NCBI RefSeq assembly: GCF_006345805.1 | Contig: NW_021831828.1 | Coordinates: 1-64,000, forward strand | Origin: Octopus sinensis | Taxonomy: Eukaryota | Direction of reading: 5' to 3' | Length of the DNA stretch: 64,000 nt | Shown here: one piece after another, positions 43,401 to 54,535 of the stretch | Layout of the letters: each line of letters opens with the position of its first letter | Numbering within the stretch: the stretch's first letter is position 1 | Made by a program: the position numbers and the translations under genes | Notes under the pieces: model-generated | Database searches by the model: none | What the model was told of the DNA's origin: nothing | What the model saw: the letters and a program-made list of their open reading frames with translations, nothing else

Positions 43401-44249
43401 ATTTTTGGAGGTCCCTATATGTAAAGATATATGGGTTCTTGAGATTATGTACTAAATTGCGTTATATACTTTCCAATTTGGAGATGTTTCTAATTTTTAG
43501 GATATGGGGGTACTTGAGATTATATCATAAATTGAGTGAGTAACATTTATATTATGCAATTTGGGGAGGTCCAGGATGTGAGGCTATGGGGGTTCTTTAG
43601 ACTATATAATAATTTGCGTAATTAATTGCGTAAAATATGTAATTTGGAGAGGTCCCAGGATGTGAGGATTTACGGGTTCTTGAGATTAATTAATAAATTT
43701 CGTTATATATTTTCATTTGGAGATGTCTCTAAATGTTGGATATGGGGTTACTTGAGATTTTGAAATATATTATGTAACATATTATGCAATTTGGGGAGGT
43801 GCCAGGATGTGAGGATTTAGGGGTACTTGAGATTATGTAATTAATTGCGTAATATCAACTACAATTTAAGAGGTCTCTAGATGTGTGAATAAGTGGGTAC
43901 TTGAGATTGTGTAATAAATTGCCTAATATATTACGTAATTTTTGGAGGTCCCTATATGTAAAGATATATGGGTTCTTGAGATTATGTACTAAATTGCGTT
44001 ATATACTTTCCAATTTATAGAAGTTTCTTAATTTTAGGATATGGGGCTACTTGAGATTATATCATAAATTGAGTAACATTTATATTATGCAATATGGGGA
44101 GGTTGCAGGATGTGAGGATATGGGGGTTCTTGAAATTATGTAATAAATTTCGTAATAAATTGCGTAAAATATGAATTTTGGAGAGTTCCCAGGATGTGAG
44201 GATATATTGGTTCTTGAGATTATTTAATTTAAAATTAGGCGTGCTACGC

Positions 44250-44420
44250 CTATTCCAATGCGTAGTCGGTAATCACTCGATGTAATCATGCCACTCTGCG
44301 TACGCAAGTGCGAGAGCATTCTGTGCTTGTTTGCATAGTATTTAATCAGTTTGGTTGAATATATGAACAAGGTTTCCATAGAGATCTCAAGTCAGCAAGA
44401 TGCGGCAGTATTTTTATTCA
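44250..44420 (-). mobile_element. RTE-like APE endonuclease C-terminal remnant
   Basis: HIFNQTD*ILCKQ..RTQSGMITSSDYRL resembles IYNQIDYILCRQ..ARTHG at 25540-25600. Confidence 0.55.
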
Positions 44421-44556
44421 TAGAGGAGTAAATCGTAATTTACTTAATTTTGAATATTTCTTTACTTTTTAAAAAATCCATATTCGTGACTTACTGCACA
44501 AAGAAGACGTCGATTAGAAATAAAGTAGCATAGAATTACATTATGATAAAACAAAT

Positions 44557-47066
44557 TAATTCAGTGAAGCCAAAAAAAGAGAGTAGACAAGATCCTTTGG
44601 GGTAGAAGCAACGTCGACAAAGTCCACTGATTTAATACGCAGTGGCTTCAACTCCCATATACTCTCGAATATATAACTTCCGTCTGAAACATTACCAGTG
44701 CCCACAATATACTAATCTTATCATAATATTGTATACCAGAAGGAATCTCAACAACTCTCGATAGAACACTTTCATATTATCATCTCTAGAACATTCCAGA
44801 ATATTTTTCACAAGTCGTGAAATTAGTTTATCCATAATTTTCTCAGCTAATTCAAAACGAATGAGAATATCAGAAATGAAATAGTCAAACTATAAATGAA
44901 AGTAAAATTAAAACATGTTCTTTTACAGAATCAAATTCTAAAGACTTGTGGGTGATATTTGACAATATTTGGAGATATCTAAAAAACACAGAAGAGCAAT
45001 GACTATTCCCTTCCTCGAAAATCCCACTTTCTAATCCACATTGAATAGCAGTGTTAATAACCTACGAATCCAGTCGATAAGAACGCAAAACTTTACTAAG
45101 TCGTTCCAATTCGGCCACTGTCAAAAAATTGAGAATAAAGCATAAAAAATATATAGCAGGAACTTGAGTCTGTTCACAGCACAATAAACTTTGTACATGA
45201 ATTATGCTGTCTACAAAATCATCACGATTAAGCGAAAAATCAATACAGGATGACTGTAATAAATAAGTCAATTCTATACAACAATCTAAAATTTATTATC
45301 GCGTAACATTACATCTTATCACATTCTGATTGGTCGACATGAGTCCACCAAAATAGTATTTTGTAATTTCATTTACATCACAAATCGTGTAAAGGAGGCG
45401 ACAAATAGCCGATACTCGCATTAAATTGAACTCGTATTCGGCAGCAAATAACTAGAAAATCTACCAAAAAGCACACCCTTTTGACAATATGAGGAAACAA
45501 CATCTGGATACCCTCAGAGGTCATTATAAATTTTATATCATGTAGAAGACATATTAGCTTTTCCAAATATAAATACGTACTGCACATCACATCACCCGAT
45601 GAAATATATAACTGCAAAATGAACCATCGAAAGATAGCGTCTGAGTGGACAGCAGAATTGTAGCCAATTTGGTCCTATTTTTTGATTATTGCAAAACAAC
45701 ATTAATTAAGGAAAACATGGCCTGATGGGATTTGGAACTGTCAGACGAAAACAACAAATCAGCTTCCTTTTGTGTAAAATTTGACGAAAAGTAGTTTTTC
45801 AGTTCCTCGAAATGGGATTTCGAAGGGAAATCAAAACACCATTTCGTAAGCTTAAAATAACAAAAATAAAAACCGCAAAATCTAGATCATTTACACTTAG
45901 ATCAAGTCGTCGAATCTATATTATATTCGAATGAATTATACTTTTCTTGATAATCCATCCTCATTAACATTATCCTGCCAATGAGAAAGAGTACAAATAC
46001 GTTAATTTTGTTTGAAATTAAGTCTGTTTCGACAGCCAGCTTCGTTCTAAACTTATATAGTAGAGGAGTCGCTTCCTTGACAGGGAATTCATTAAACGAT
46101 TCCAGATTGGTCTCCTACAATTTGAAATGCCAAATTTACAAAAATAGTCTCATTTGATATTGCAATGGATTCAGGTTTTAACTTCTTCCTTTCAATTTCT
46201 GCCAACTCGTAAATCTAATTGTTATTTTACAAATTATAATATATTTTTGTGGATAACCCAAAAAAATAAATTAACCTTGTTTTTCTTGTGATGATTTAGC
46301 GCGCTTATGTGTGAATGCACATTATTATCCCCAAAGCACACAATGAACATGGAAATAGCACAAAATGCAGCATTTCGGAGTGTGGGAGAAGAGTAGTCAG
46401 CATACTTTATATTTTTTTGCTGTAATATTACCTTTGTAAGTTTTTTTAGAATTAATCCAATTTTCTTATTTGGAATTCCGTCAAATGCCGTAGGATATCT
46501 TCCCATGTATCGAGCAAGAAACAATACTGTCTCCTCGATGACTTTATTCTCAGTTTTATTTAGAAGCTTTAAAATATTCTCAACCAGTTCTTCAGCCATA
46601 CACTTTGAATTAAAAAAAGTTACAAAACCGTTTCAGAAAATGAATCAACGTGATGCCTCAGAACGTCTGACCTGAGTCGATTCGCAGATTTTAAAATTAA
46701 AAATGTTGTCTCAAATAAATAATATGAATTACACGATCTGAAAAGAATTGAAATTGCTCAGATAGGTTTGTAGATATGAGTTGGAGAATTTCTAAAATTT
46801 TGGATTTTATGACCTGTGAGTTCTCCTTTGCAAGGGACTAAGGTAGAGTAATAGGATTATTTACAAGTAGAAGTGAATTGTGGAGAGATTTTAGATGTTC
46901 GTCGATTACTAAGTCTGAACCAATTCTTGATAGAATTGATTTGATCTCAAATAGTTGTTCTTGTCTTTCATTAAATGATTTTGAAAACTGAAATTTAAAA
47001 TTTTTTTAATACCAGTTTATCTCGATAATATGACAATTCAGGTATTTGTTGTTTATTAGTATACAT
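44557..47066 (-). CDS. Divergent, shortened XMAP215/CKAP5-like TOG-domain protein; 3' end approximate
   Basis: TOG2-like: RDKL|FSKSFNERQEQL..ENILKLLNKTENKVIEETVLFLARY..SPTLRNAAFCAI. TOG5-like: KWCFDFPSKSHFEELK..YLEKLICLL..MLFPHIVK. TOG6-like: ISRLVKNILECS. Many micro-introns. Confidence 0.62.
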
Positions 47067-47269
47067 AATGTAACACAAAAAACCAGAATGCAAATTGCGC
47101 TATTTATTAAGAATTAATAAATATTTAAAATAATGTATAAATAATTTAGAAAATTATTTGAAAAAATTATTTTCCAATACCAAATTTAATTTTATCACGA
47201 TGATTAAATTTTAGAAATGATAACGTAAACAAAGTTTGATTAAGTGGCTGATTGGATAGTTGAGAGTCT

Positions 47270-47690
47270 AAGGGTCAGCTCACAACACCGCACTGAGTAT
47301 TGAATGGCAGTTTCCGCAAAGCATAGGGACGAAGATTCGCTGAAAGAGTTTGCTCGTGTCCTTCCAGTTGTTTATTTTTTAGGATATTCTCCTACCAATC
47401 TCAGTGAGGAGTTGAGTAGCTGCCTTGCAGTGATTCTTAAGGGTTTTAAGGCAAAAGGTTTTTAAACCAAAATTAAAGCGTTCAAATACCCAGGTATCTC
47501 GTCCTCTTTAACTGAGCACTGGCTGAGCGCTGGTTGCGGCAAATCTTCAGTAGCGTCGTTGTCAAACATGAGTCGAAACAGGTGGCGTTCCAAACCAGAA
47601 AGTTGCCTTCCCTGAATGGAAAGATCATCATCTCGTTGGGACACTCATCGTCGCTCCGTACTTCGTTTCAGCCTTTTTGGACTATAGGAA
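47270..47690 (-). mobile_element. CRE-clade 3' fragment, decayed
   Basis: LLTEIGRRIS..KLFQRIFVPMLCGNCHSILSA; visible nucleotide similarity to 11590-11980. Confidence 0.75.
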
Positions 47691-48514
47691 TCACGGGGAA
47701 ATCAGGGCCAAGTTTAACTTTATATAATAGATTTCTTGAAAGTTTCTGGTTGAAGTTATTTATAAAGCCTAAATGACCCTATAAGCCTTGAGGTCTCACC
47801 TCTATTAGTGTGAGGCTGTGATAGCTTTTTCATGCTATTAGCTGCATAGCCCGGATATTCCGCTTGCAAGATATGTATGAAAAGAACTTATTTTAGCACG
47901 TACGTTACCACACAACCTCAATGGTTCGAGAATCAACAGGAAGCTCGTAAAATTGTGGGATCAGTTGGTAGCAAATTCAAGTCCAGTCTCAGTCCGGTTC
48001 TGATTAACTTTTAGCGTGCCAATAAGTTGACCTGTGCATTTTAACATCCCAAAAAACTTCTTTTTGTCTTTCCAATCGATGATGCCATACACTTTCAAAC
48101 TCTCTTTTCAATTTCTTTGGATTTGTCGGCTGACGACTTGCAGGAATTTTGGGGAACCTCCCAATTCCTTCAGAGATGTCAAGAAAGAAGAATTGGGGTG
48201 AGTTCTGGACAGCAAAAAAAAATTGAACTATGCCGATTTTGTAAATTTTATTTTTAAAAAAATTTGAATTTTTTACCGGCTTGTGGAGATGAATGATACA
48301 GTTGTCATGCGAAAATTTGCAAAACTGAAGGACTATGAACTTCCCCGTACTGAAATGGAGTCAGTTGCCTTCCTTCAAGAGGTTGGAATCTTTCCTAAAG
48401 AAAAAAAATGTCAAAACAGACATTTTATGACCCTTCTCCAACAGCAGGAGAGTACAACATGGGTGTGCCATAAAAGTGGGTGTCGAACATATAGTTCAAG
48501 TGAGTCATTTAGAC

Positions 48515-49380
48515 CAGCGGTTCTCAAATGCGGCCCCCGGGGCCGCATGTGGCCCCCAGGATTTTTTTTGCGGCCCCTCTAGAGTAACTAACTTTTTTAA
48601 TTTTTTAATAATGTTTAAATTTAATTATTCATTCTTAAGGTTAAACATATCCATAATTGGTGATTTCATTAATCAATTTGAAGCACGTTTTGGGGTACAT
48701 TTATATAAATTGGCACAGCGGCGAGGAGGGCAAAGACCCGGAAGAAAGACAAGTACGCCTCGCTCGCCGACAGATTCCTCTTTGTGCCTGTTTCAGTCGA
48801 AACATCAGGCACATTCGGCCCAGCCACGCTACGTTTTCTCACCGAGAGAGGCCGTCACCTCGGGAGGATTAGAAACGACCCCCGCGAGGTCAATCGGCTT
48901 TTTGAGCGCGTCTCAATAGCCGTACTCAGGGGGAACAGTTTCTCTATTCTCTCTGCGGCTAGTAGCTGACTTCCTGTTCCATTTTCTTTTCTATTTCGAA
49001 ATTAAAAAAAAAATTTATATAAATTTAATTTTTAGAATTTTAAAGAATTCCTTCCTTTAATGAGAATATTCTCAACTCCATTCAGCGTGGAAATTAAGGA
49101 TGCGCCTGCAAAGTTTCAACTAGAACTCATTAATTTACAACATGATATAGAACTGGCGGCATTGTTCAAAAATGCGTCCATTATTAATTTTTACGAATTA
49201 ATTCCTCAAGACAAATTCAAAAATATAACACACAATGCATATATAAATCTACATATTTATGCGAATCAATATTTAGTAAAATGGAAAATATAAAAAAATA
49301 TAAAATATTTTTTGTGCGGCCCGCGAAGCTAATCTTAATTATCGATTTGGCCCTTGAGCTAAAAAGGTTGAGAACCCCTG
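48515..49380 (+). mobile_element. hAT (GTF2IRD2/Charlie-like) deletion derivative
   Basis: TIRs CAGCGGTTCTCAA and TTGAGAACCCCTG; TSD ATTTAGAC (48507-48514 and 49381-49388); QFEARFG|NFKEFLPLMRIFSTPF..FQLELINLQ. Confidence 0.88.
48712..49012 (+). mobile_element. 300-bp 5'-truncated CRE-clade insertion
   Basis: VPVSVETSGTFGP..LFERVSIAVLRGN; A-tail; 13-bp TSD ATTTATATAAATT (48699-48711 and 49013-49025). Confidence 0.9.
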
Positions 49381-49889
49381 ATTTAGACAACTCCTTCGAT
49401 GAGCTAATAGATGCCATCGTCAAATTTTGTCCGCCGAATATCACGCTTCGTACTACCAGCTGACCTTTTTTATTGTAATAAAGATTTTTTCACTGAGGGA
49501 TAAGCATCTTTATTAACCAACAACTGTATCTTTTTAGACAGGTGGTCGTTAATAGCTCAGATTTAATTTTGTCGGTATTGTTTTGACACCACTAAGCCGG
49601 TAAAAAATTCAAATTTTTTTAAAAATAAAATTTACAAAATCGGCATAGTTCAATTTTTTAAATTTTCGATCTAATATTCATAAAAATTTTCATTAATTAA
49701 TTTAGTGCCTATTTTCGTGATTCATGAAATGCAACAGTACCGATTTGGTACTTTAAGTTTTGATTTTTATTAGTTTTTCAATATTAGAAACAAATTTTTA
49801 TCTGATAAAATGAATGCTCAATCATTTAATTTCGTAAAAATACATTTTTAACCACATCACAGGTAAAGCAAAACAACATTTTCTTTTTC

Positions 49890-49898
<9 letters not shown>

Positions 49899-49923
<25 letters not shown>

Positions 49924-50588
49924 AGGCAAACTTATTGTTAATGAACGAAAAGAGTTAAAATGCGCAGCGAATCGACTGGCAATTCCCGCGCATGATGGCC
50001 AATGAGATCCTTTGAAAGAGTCTGATCGACTCGTTGGGATCTTTCGTGGCAACCACGAGCTTAGATCCAAGGCGACGGAGAAACGATAGCGTCTGCGGAC
50101 CGATGACTCCAGAGGTTTCCACCGCGACTGCAGCGAATAGGTGATTCATGGCCAGGACCCGGTACTTCTTCTGTTTTGTTAGTTCCGCCTGCTTTGCAAC
50201 TGAGCCCGGTTCCGCAGCGGAGGCAATTAGATTCTTGGCGGAGAAAGTGTCGGAGCAGGTGGCGTCCCAGATAAGGCATTTCCCCTTTTCAAACGGGAAG
50301 ATTGTCATGCCATCCGGGCGCTTACCGTCGCCTCTGTCGAGCCCGACTGGTTCGAGCTCATTAGGAAACCCCGCCGTCGTTAGGGCACGGCTCACGGTGT
50401 CGTTGATGGCGGCGTGTCGTGGGAAACGTCCGGCACTACGTGAGCAGGAGAGGGGATGATGGCCATAAGGGTCCACTCTTAAACCGCAGCGGCACTGGTG
50501 TGTTTTGCAAATGGGAAGTCCGAGGCGGAGAGAGACGGAAATCCTTACACAGTCGTTGTCCATTAAGGTGCCGATTGACGCCATATTT
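49899..50588 (-). mobile_element. 5'-truncated CRE-clade insertion with long poly(A)
   Basis: Intact CCHC + RLE ORF (RHAAIND, GKRPDGMT); ~27-nt poly(T) on the + strand; probable TSD TTTGTATT. Confidence 0.9.
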
Positions 50589-50917
50589 TTTGTATTATAA
50601 TCAAAATAATAATTACTTATTTTGTCACGTGATATCTAATCTAATAAACCTGATAAGATAAGTTTTATACAAATTATTATAAACATAGTTTTATCGTAAA
50701 AAAATATTTTTATAAAAATCACAGGATCTTTTCATAACCTCACTCTCGAAATATTGATTGTAGGGTCCATATGTTTCCTACACGTGGATTAAATTGATTA
50801 TTTTATCTCTTGATTTTTAAAATTCTTGGGACGAAAATTAGTCGATACGTCAATGAAATCGCGATTGTCAGTTATACATATGTTTAGTTTAAACATCGCT
50901 GTATATTTTATTTATAT

Positions 50918-52700
50918 ATGCTCATTGAAAAAATAGTTTTTTTAGGTGAATTATTATTTACTTTACTTTAGTATTTTGTTTCAGAATATGCATAAATATG
51001 GCAGAAAATGCCTTGTTTGATGCTTTGATCGTCCAAAGTCAATATAATCGAAATGCACGACCACTGGAAAACAACTCATTTGACAAACCAGTCGACGTTC
51101 GATTAGGATTAAGACTAATTCAGATCACCGACGTGGTGAGAATTCGGTTTATATTTTAGGACGAAAAACGTCAAATCCTCACGTCTACTCTTCGAATATA
51201 TCACGTTTTTATTTAAAACTACTTTTTAAGCGTTGGACAGATCCAAGGTTGGTGTGGAATCCAAAAGAATACGAAAACATCAAGTTAATGCACATTCCTT
51301 CTCGTCTCCTATGGGTTCCGGATATTGGACTTTACAATAAGTTATCCATATTTGTTACGCAACAGTGCCGATGGAAATTATGAAATCCCATTAAAAACGA
51401 ACACTCAGGTGTATTTCAACGGAACAATCATATGGGAACCTGCTGCGATCTACAAAAGTTCATGTCCTATCAACGTTGAGTTTTTCCCTTTCGACATTCA
51501 AGAATGTTACTGGAAATTCGGCTCCTGGACTTACGACGGATCAAAGATAAATCTGATTCACAAAGAAAATAATCTCTCTAAAAAAGAAACAGACGAACAT
51601 GGAATCGATTTGACAGAATTCTACCCGAATATCGAATGGGAAGTACTTTCAGTGACAGCAGAGAAGAAAGTCAAGTTCTACGAGTGCTGTATCGAGCCAT
51701 ATATCGATATATTTTTCTACATCACAATAAGGAGAAAAACAGTGTTTTATCTCGTCAACTTTCTCTTTCCGTGTGTTTGCATTTCCTTTCTTACGATCCT
51801 TGTATTTTATCTCCCTGCCGGATCAGGAGAAAAGATAACTCTGAGTATTTCGATTCTTTTGTCCTTGGCTGTGTTCATCCTTCTTTTGGCTGATATTGTG
51901 CCCCCGACCTCCCTTGTGATCCCTCTCATTGGCAAATATCTTTTGTTTACTGTTATTTTGGTGACACTTTCCGTCATTTTGACAGTGATTGTGCTCAACG
52001 TTCACTTCCGGTCGTGTTCTACACATCGAATGCCTATTTGGGTCAAACTACTTTTTTTGTGGGTGTTGCCCTCGTTGCTTAGAATGCAGAAACTTTATGG
52101 ATCATTTGAATCAAGCAATAACGACAAAGGATTTGTGAGATTTCTCTACAAATTTCAACAAAAACGAAACAAGCTTATAAAGGCATTAAAAAAGTGGTAT
52201 TATATCAAAAAAGACTCCATAATTGGGAAGAGACCGGCAAGTCCTGTCAGGACTACAACTCCGACGGGAGTCGAAACAGAAGCATCGTTGAATTTAAGGA
52301 ACGACAGTGTTGAACACCTCAATATTTGCATTCGACATAAGATCGATCAAAAGACTAGATACTCAGAATCCATTCGGAGATCAATTGGTTATGAAAATCA
52401 ATTTAAACAAAACGAAGAAAAAGAAACGAAAAATCGAATTTTGGGAAATTTGCTGAGTGAATCAATTCAAAGTTGTATCGAAGCAGTCAGATTTATCTCA
52501 GATATAATGAAGGAAGAAGAGGCAAAGAGTTGTGTATGATTACTTTTTAAACTTTTTAGTCCATGTCAGATTGGCAATTTGTCGCTATGGTTTTAGACAG
52601 GCTGTTTTTGTGGATTTTTTTTGTAGCGATTTTGATTGGATTTTATACAATTGTCCTTTCTGCGCCAACCTTAGTTGACCGTAGAGCTGCAATTGCTTAA
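50918..52700 (+). CDS. Nicotinic acetylcholine receptor alpha subunit
   Basis: Signal exon, YNRNARP, WVPDIGLYN, Cys-loop CPINVEFFPFDIQEC, vicinal YECC, M2 GEKITLSISILLSL, M4 DWQFVAMVLDRLFLWIF. Confidence 0.95.
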
Positions 52701-54535
52701 ATGCTATTTTATGTGTACTAACCATTTTAAAAATGCTATTTCAATTTAATACATAAACGAAAAAACGTTAGTTAATCCTTGTTGTCTTTGTCCACGATGA
52801 GTCAACAAAACCTCACTCATTAAGGAGCATTACGGTTTAATACCATTTTGAGAATCAAACTTTTCCCATTTGAGTCAGATGGGTCATGGTTTTATATAAC
52901 AAAACACCAACAACAAGCGCCCGCGAATCCACAGACCCGTAGGTTACTGAGTTTTCGCTTACACCAGTCGCACAAAGAGAATTGTTCATTAGATAACAAG
53001 AAAGTTAATTATTCTTACTAGAGCCATATCCGAAATTATTGAGTCCTTGTCTCATCAGTTTTCTTTTAGCTGTTGGCGGCTGTAACGACGCCAGGAAGCT
53101 CGTGACGTCCCATCCATAAGTCCATATATGTCATGACGGCGTCACTTGTCAAACCCAATCGGAGCATCCGGGACAGGCAAGGAGATTATTACCAGACCAC
53201 TCATGCTTTTATATAAGGCGACAAAAATACTGAACGTTGCTATTATCAAAAAGTAAAAATTTATAATAACAAATTAGTAAATTAATTAGAGTGGAAAATA
53301 TCTTATCGAGATAATATTGAATCCAGCTTCCTCCTCTTTGTTTCCGATCCGCCTCCTCCTGCCAGACTCATGTGTCGGGATAAGACGTTCATGTGCTTGG
53401 CAGGTTCCACTAATGTCTCATGGTGGGTACTTTCTCCATTCATTCGCTCATTGATTGCCCTAACATCCATTCCAATACTTGTTACGTTATTCGCCCTCGT
53501 AGCTGAGAGTATGTATTCCGGACGCATGCCCTCTAATGTCTTTCTAATCACGATCGTTTGGACATACAGTGGGCCCAAAAAGTCATGGCACCACTTAATA
53601 AATTTCAGTATTTACGTTTTTACCCATAAAATATGAAGTATTTTGACTTTTAATTATTTTTTTTGAAAAATTAAAAAGATTCTGATTTAGAAAATAATTT
53701 TAAATCCTTAAAATATTGATAATTGACAAAGAAAAAACAACTTTTTTTAATTTTTAGCGTTATTGAAGGGTCAAAAAGTGTTGGCACTTTTATATCTACA
53801 GTTTTAGTTTAAGTGCATATGATAAGAGAATGTCATTTTGTCAGATTATTTCTTTTAAGTTTTCTTCACAAAAGCTTTGTTATCACTTAATAACGCATTA
53901 TCAATATTGATATTACAAAAACAGCCGTTTTTAGCACTACTTTATGGGAAATCGAAAGGAATATTCTTTTGAGCTAAAACAGATGATTGTCAAGTCCCAC
54001 CAAGAAAAAAAAGTTACAAGCAAATTTCCAGACAATTTAATATTCCGAAAAGCTCAGTAAGGAATAAAATAGTCCGTTGGAAAGAACGAGGAAATGTTTG
54101 CAATAAATCGAGGTCTGATGCACCTAAAAAGATATCGAGCCGTTCTTTTTCAATGATAAAAAGGAGTGTGGCAAATAATCTCAGAATTATTAGAAGCAAG
54201 CTGGTAGATGATTTAGAGACCGTGGGAATAAAAGTTGGTTTATCTACGATAACTAATACATTGCGCAAACAAGGAATTCATAAAAGGGGGGCACGACATA
54301 TTCTTTTACTAAGAAAAGTCCATATATCAGCGCGACTAAAATTCGCTCAGAATATTTTAAATAAAGATTTAAAATATATAATGAACATATTATGGTCAGA
54401 TGAAACCAAAATGGAACTTTTTGGCCTCAATTATAACAAATACACCCCTCGTCACCGAAAACCGGACAAGCCATTTTTTATGATTTTATTAATTAAATAC
54501 GAAAAATCAAAAACTTACGCTTAATATTTTTACTT

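Larger units (their letters stand above)
29429..44228. repeat. 14.8-kb hierarchical satellite (72-79-bp monomers in 6/7-mer higher-order repeats)
   Basis: Core GGGT(A/T)CTTGAGATTATGTAATAAATTG recurs every ~75 bp. About 7 monomer types occur in fixed order; HOR periods are 524 bp (30096 to 30620) and 447 bp (30620 to 31067). Confidence 0.95.
48215..49741 (+). mobile_element. Merlin (IS1016/ISXO2-like) deletion derivative hosting a hAT insertion
   Basis: Long inverted repeats at 48215-48282 and 49594-49660, with the right TIR extending to ..GCAACAGTACC (49741). N-terminal FLQEVGIFPKEKKC..WVCHKSGC and C-terminal FDELIDAIVKFCPP. Confidence 0.72.

Noticed and set aside
29449-43830. Interstitial telomere
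   Set aside because: TTAGGG occurs only singly within monomers, never in tandem.
29429-44228. CRISPR-like repeat/spacer array
   Set aside because: The variable parts are homologous and recur in fixed order; there are no unique spacers or cas genes; the context is eukaryotic.
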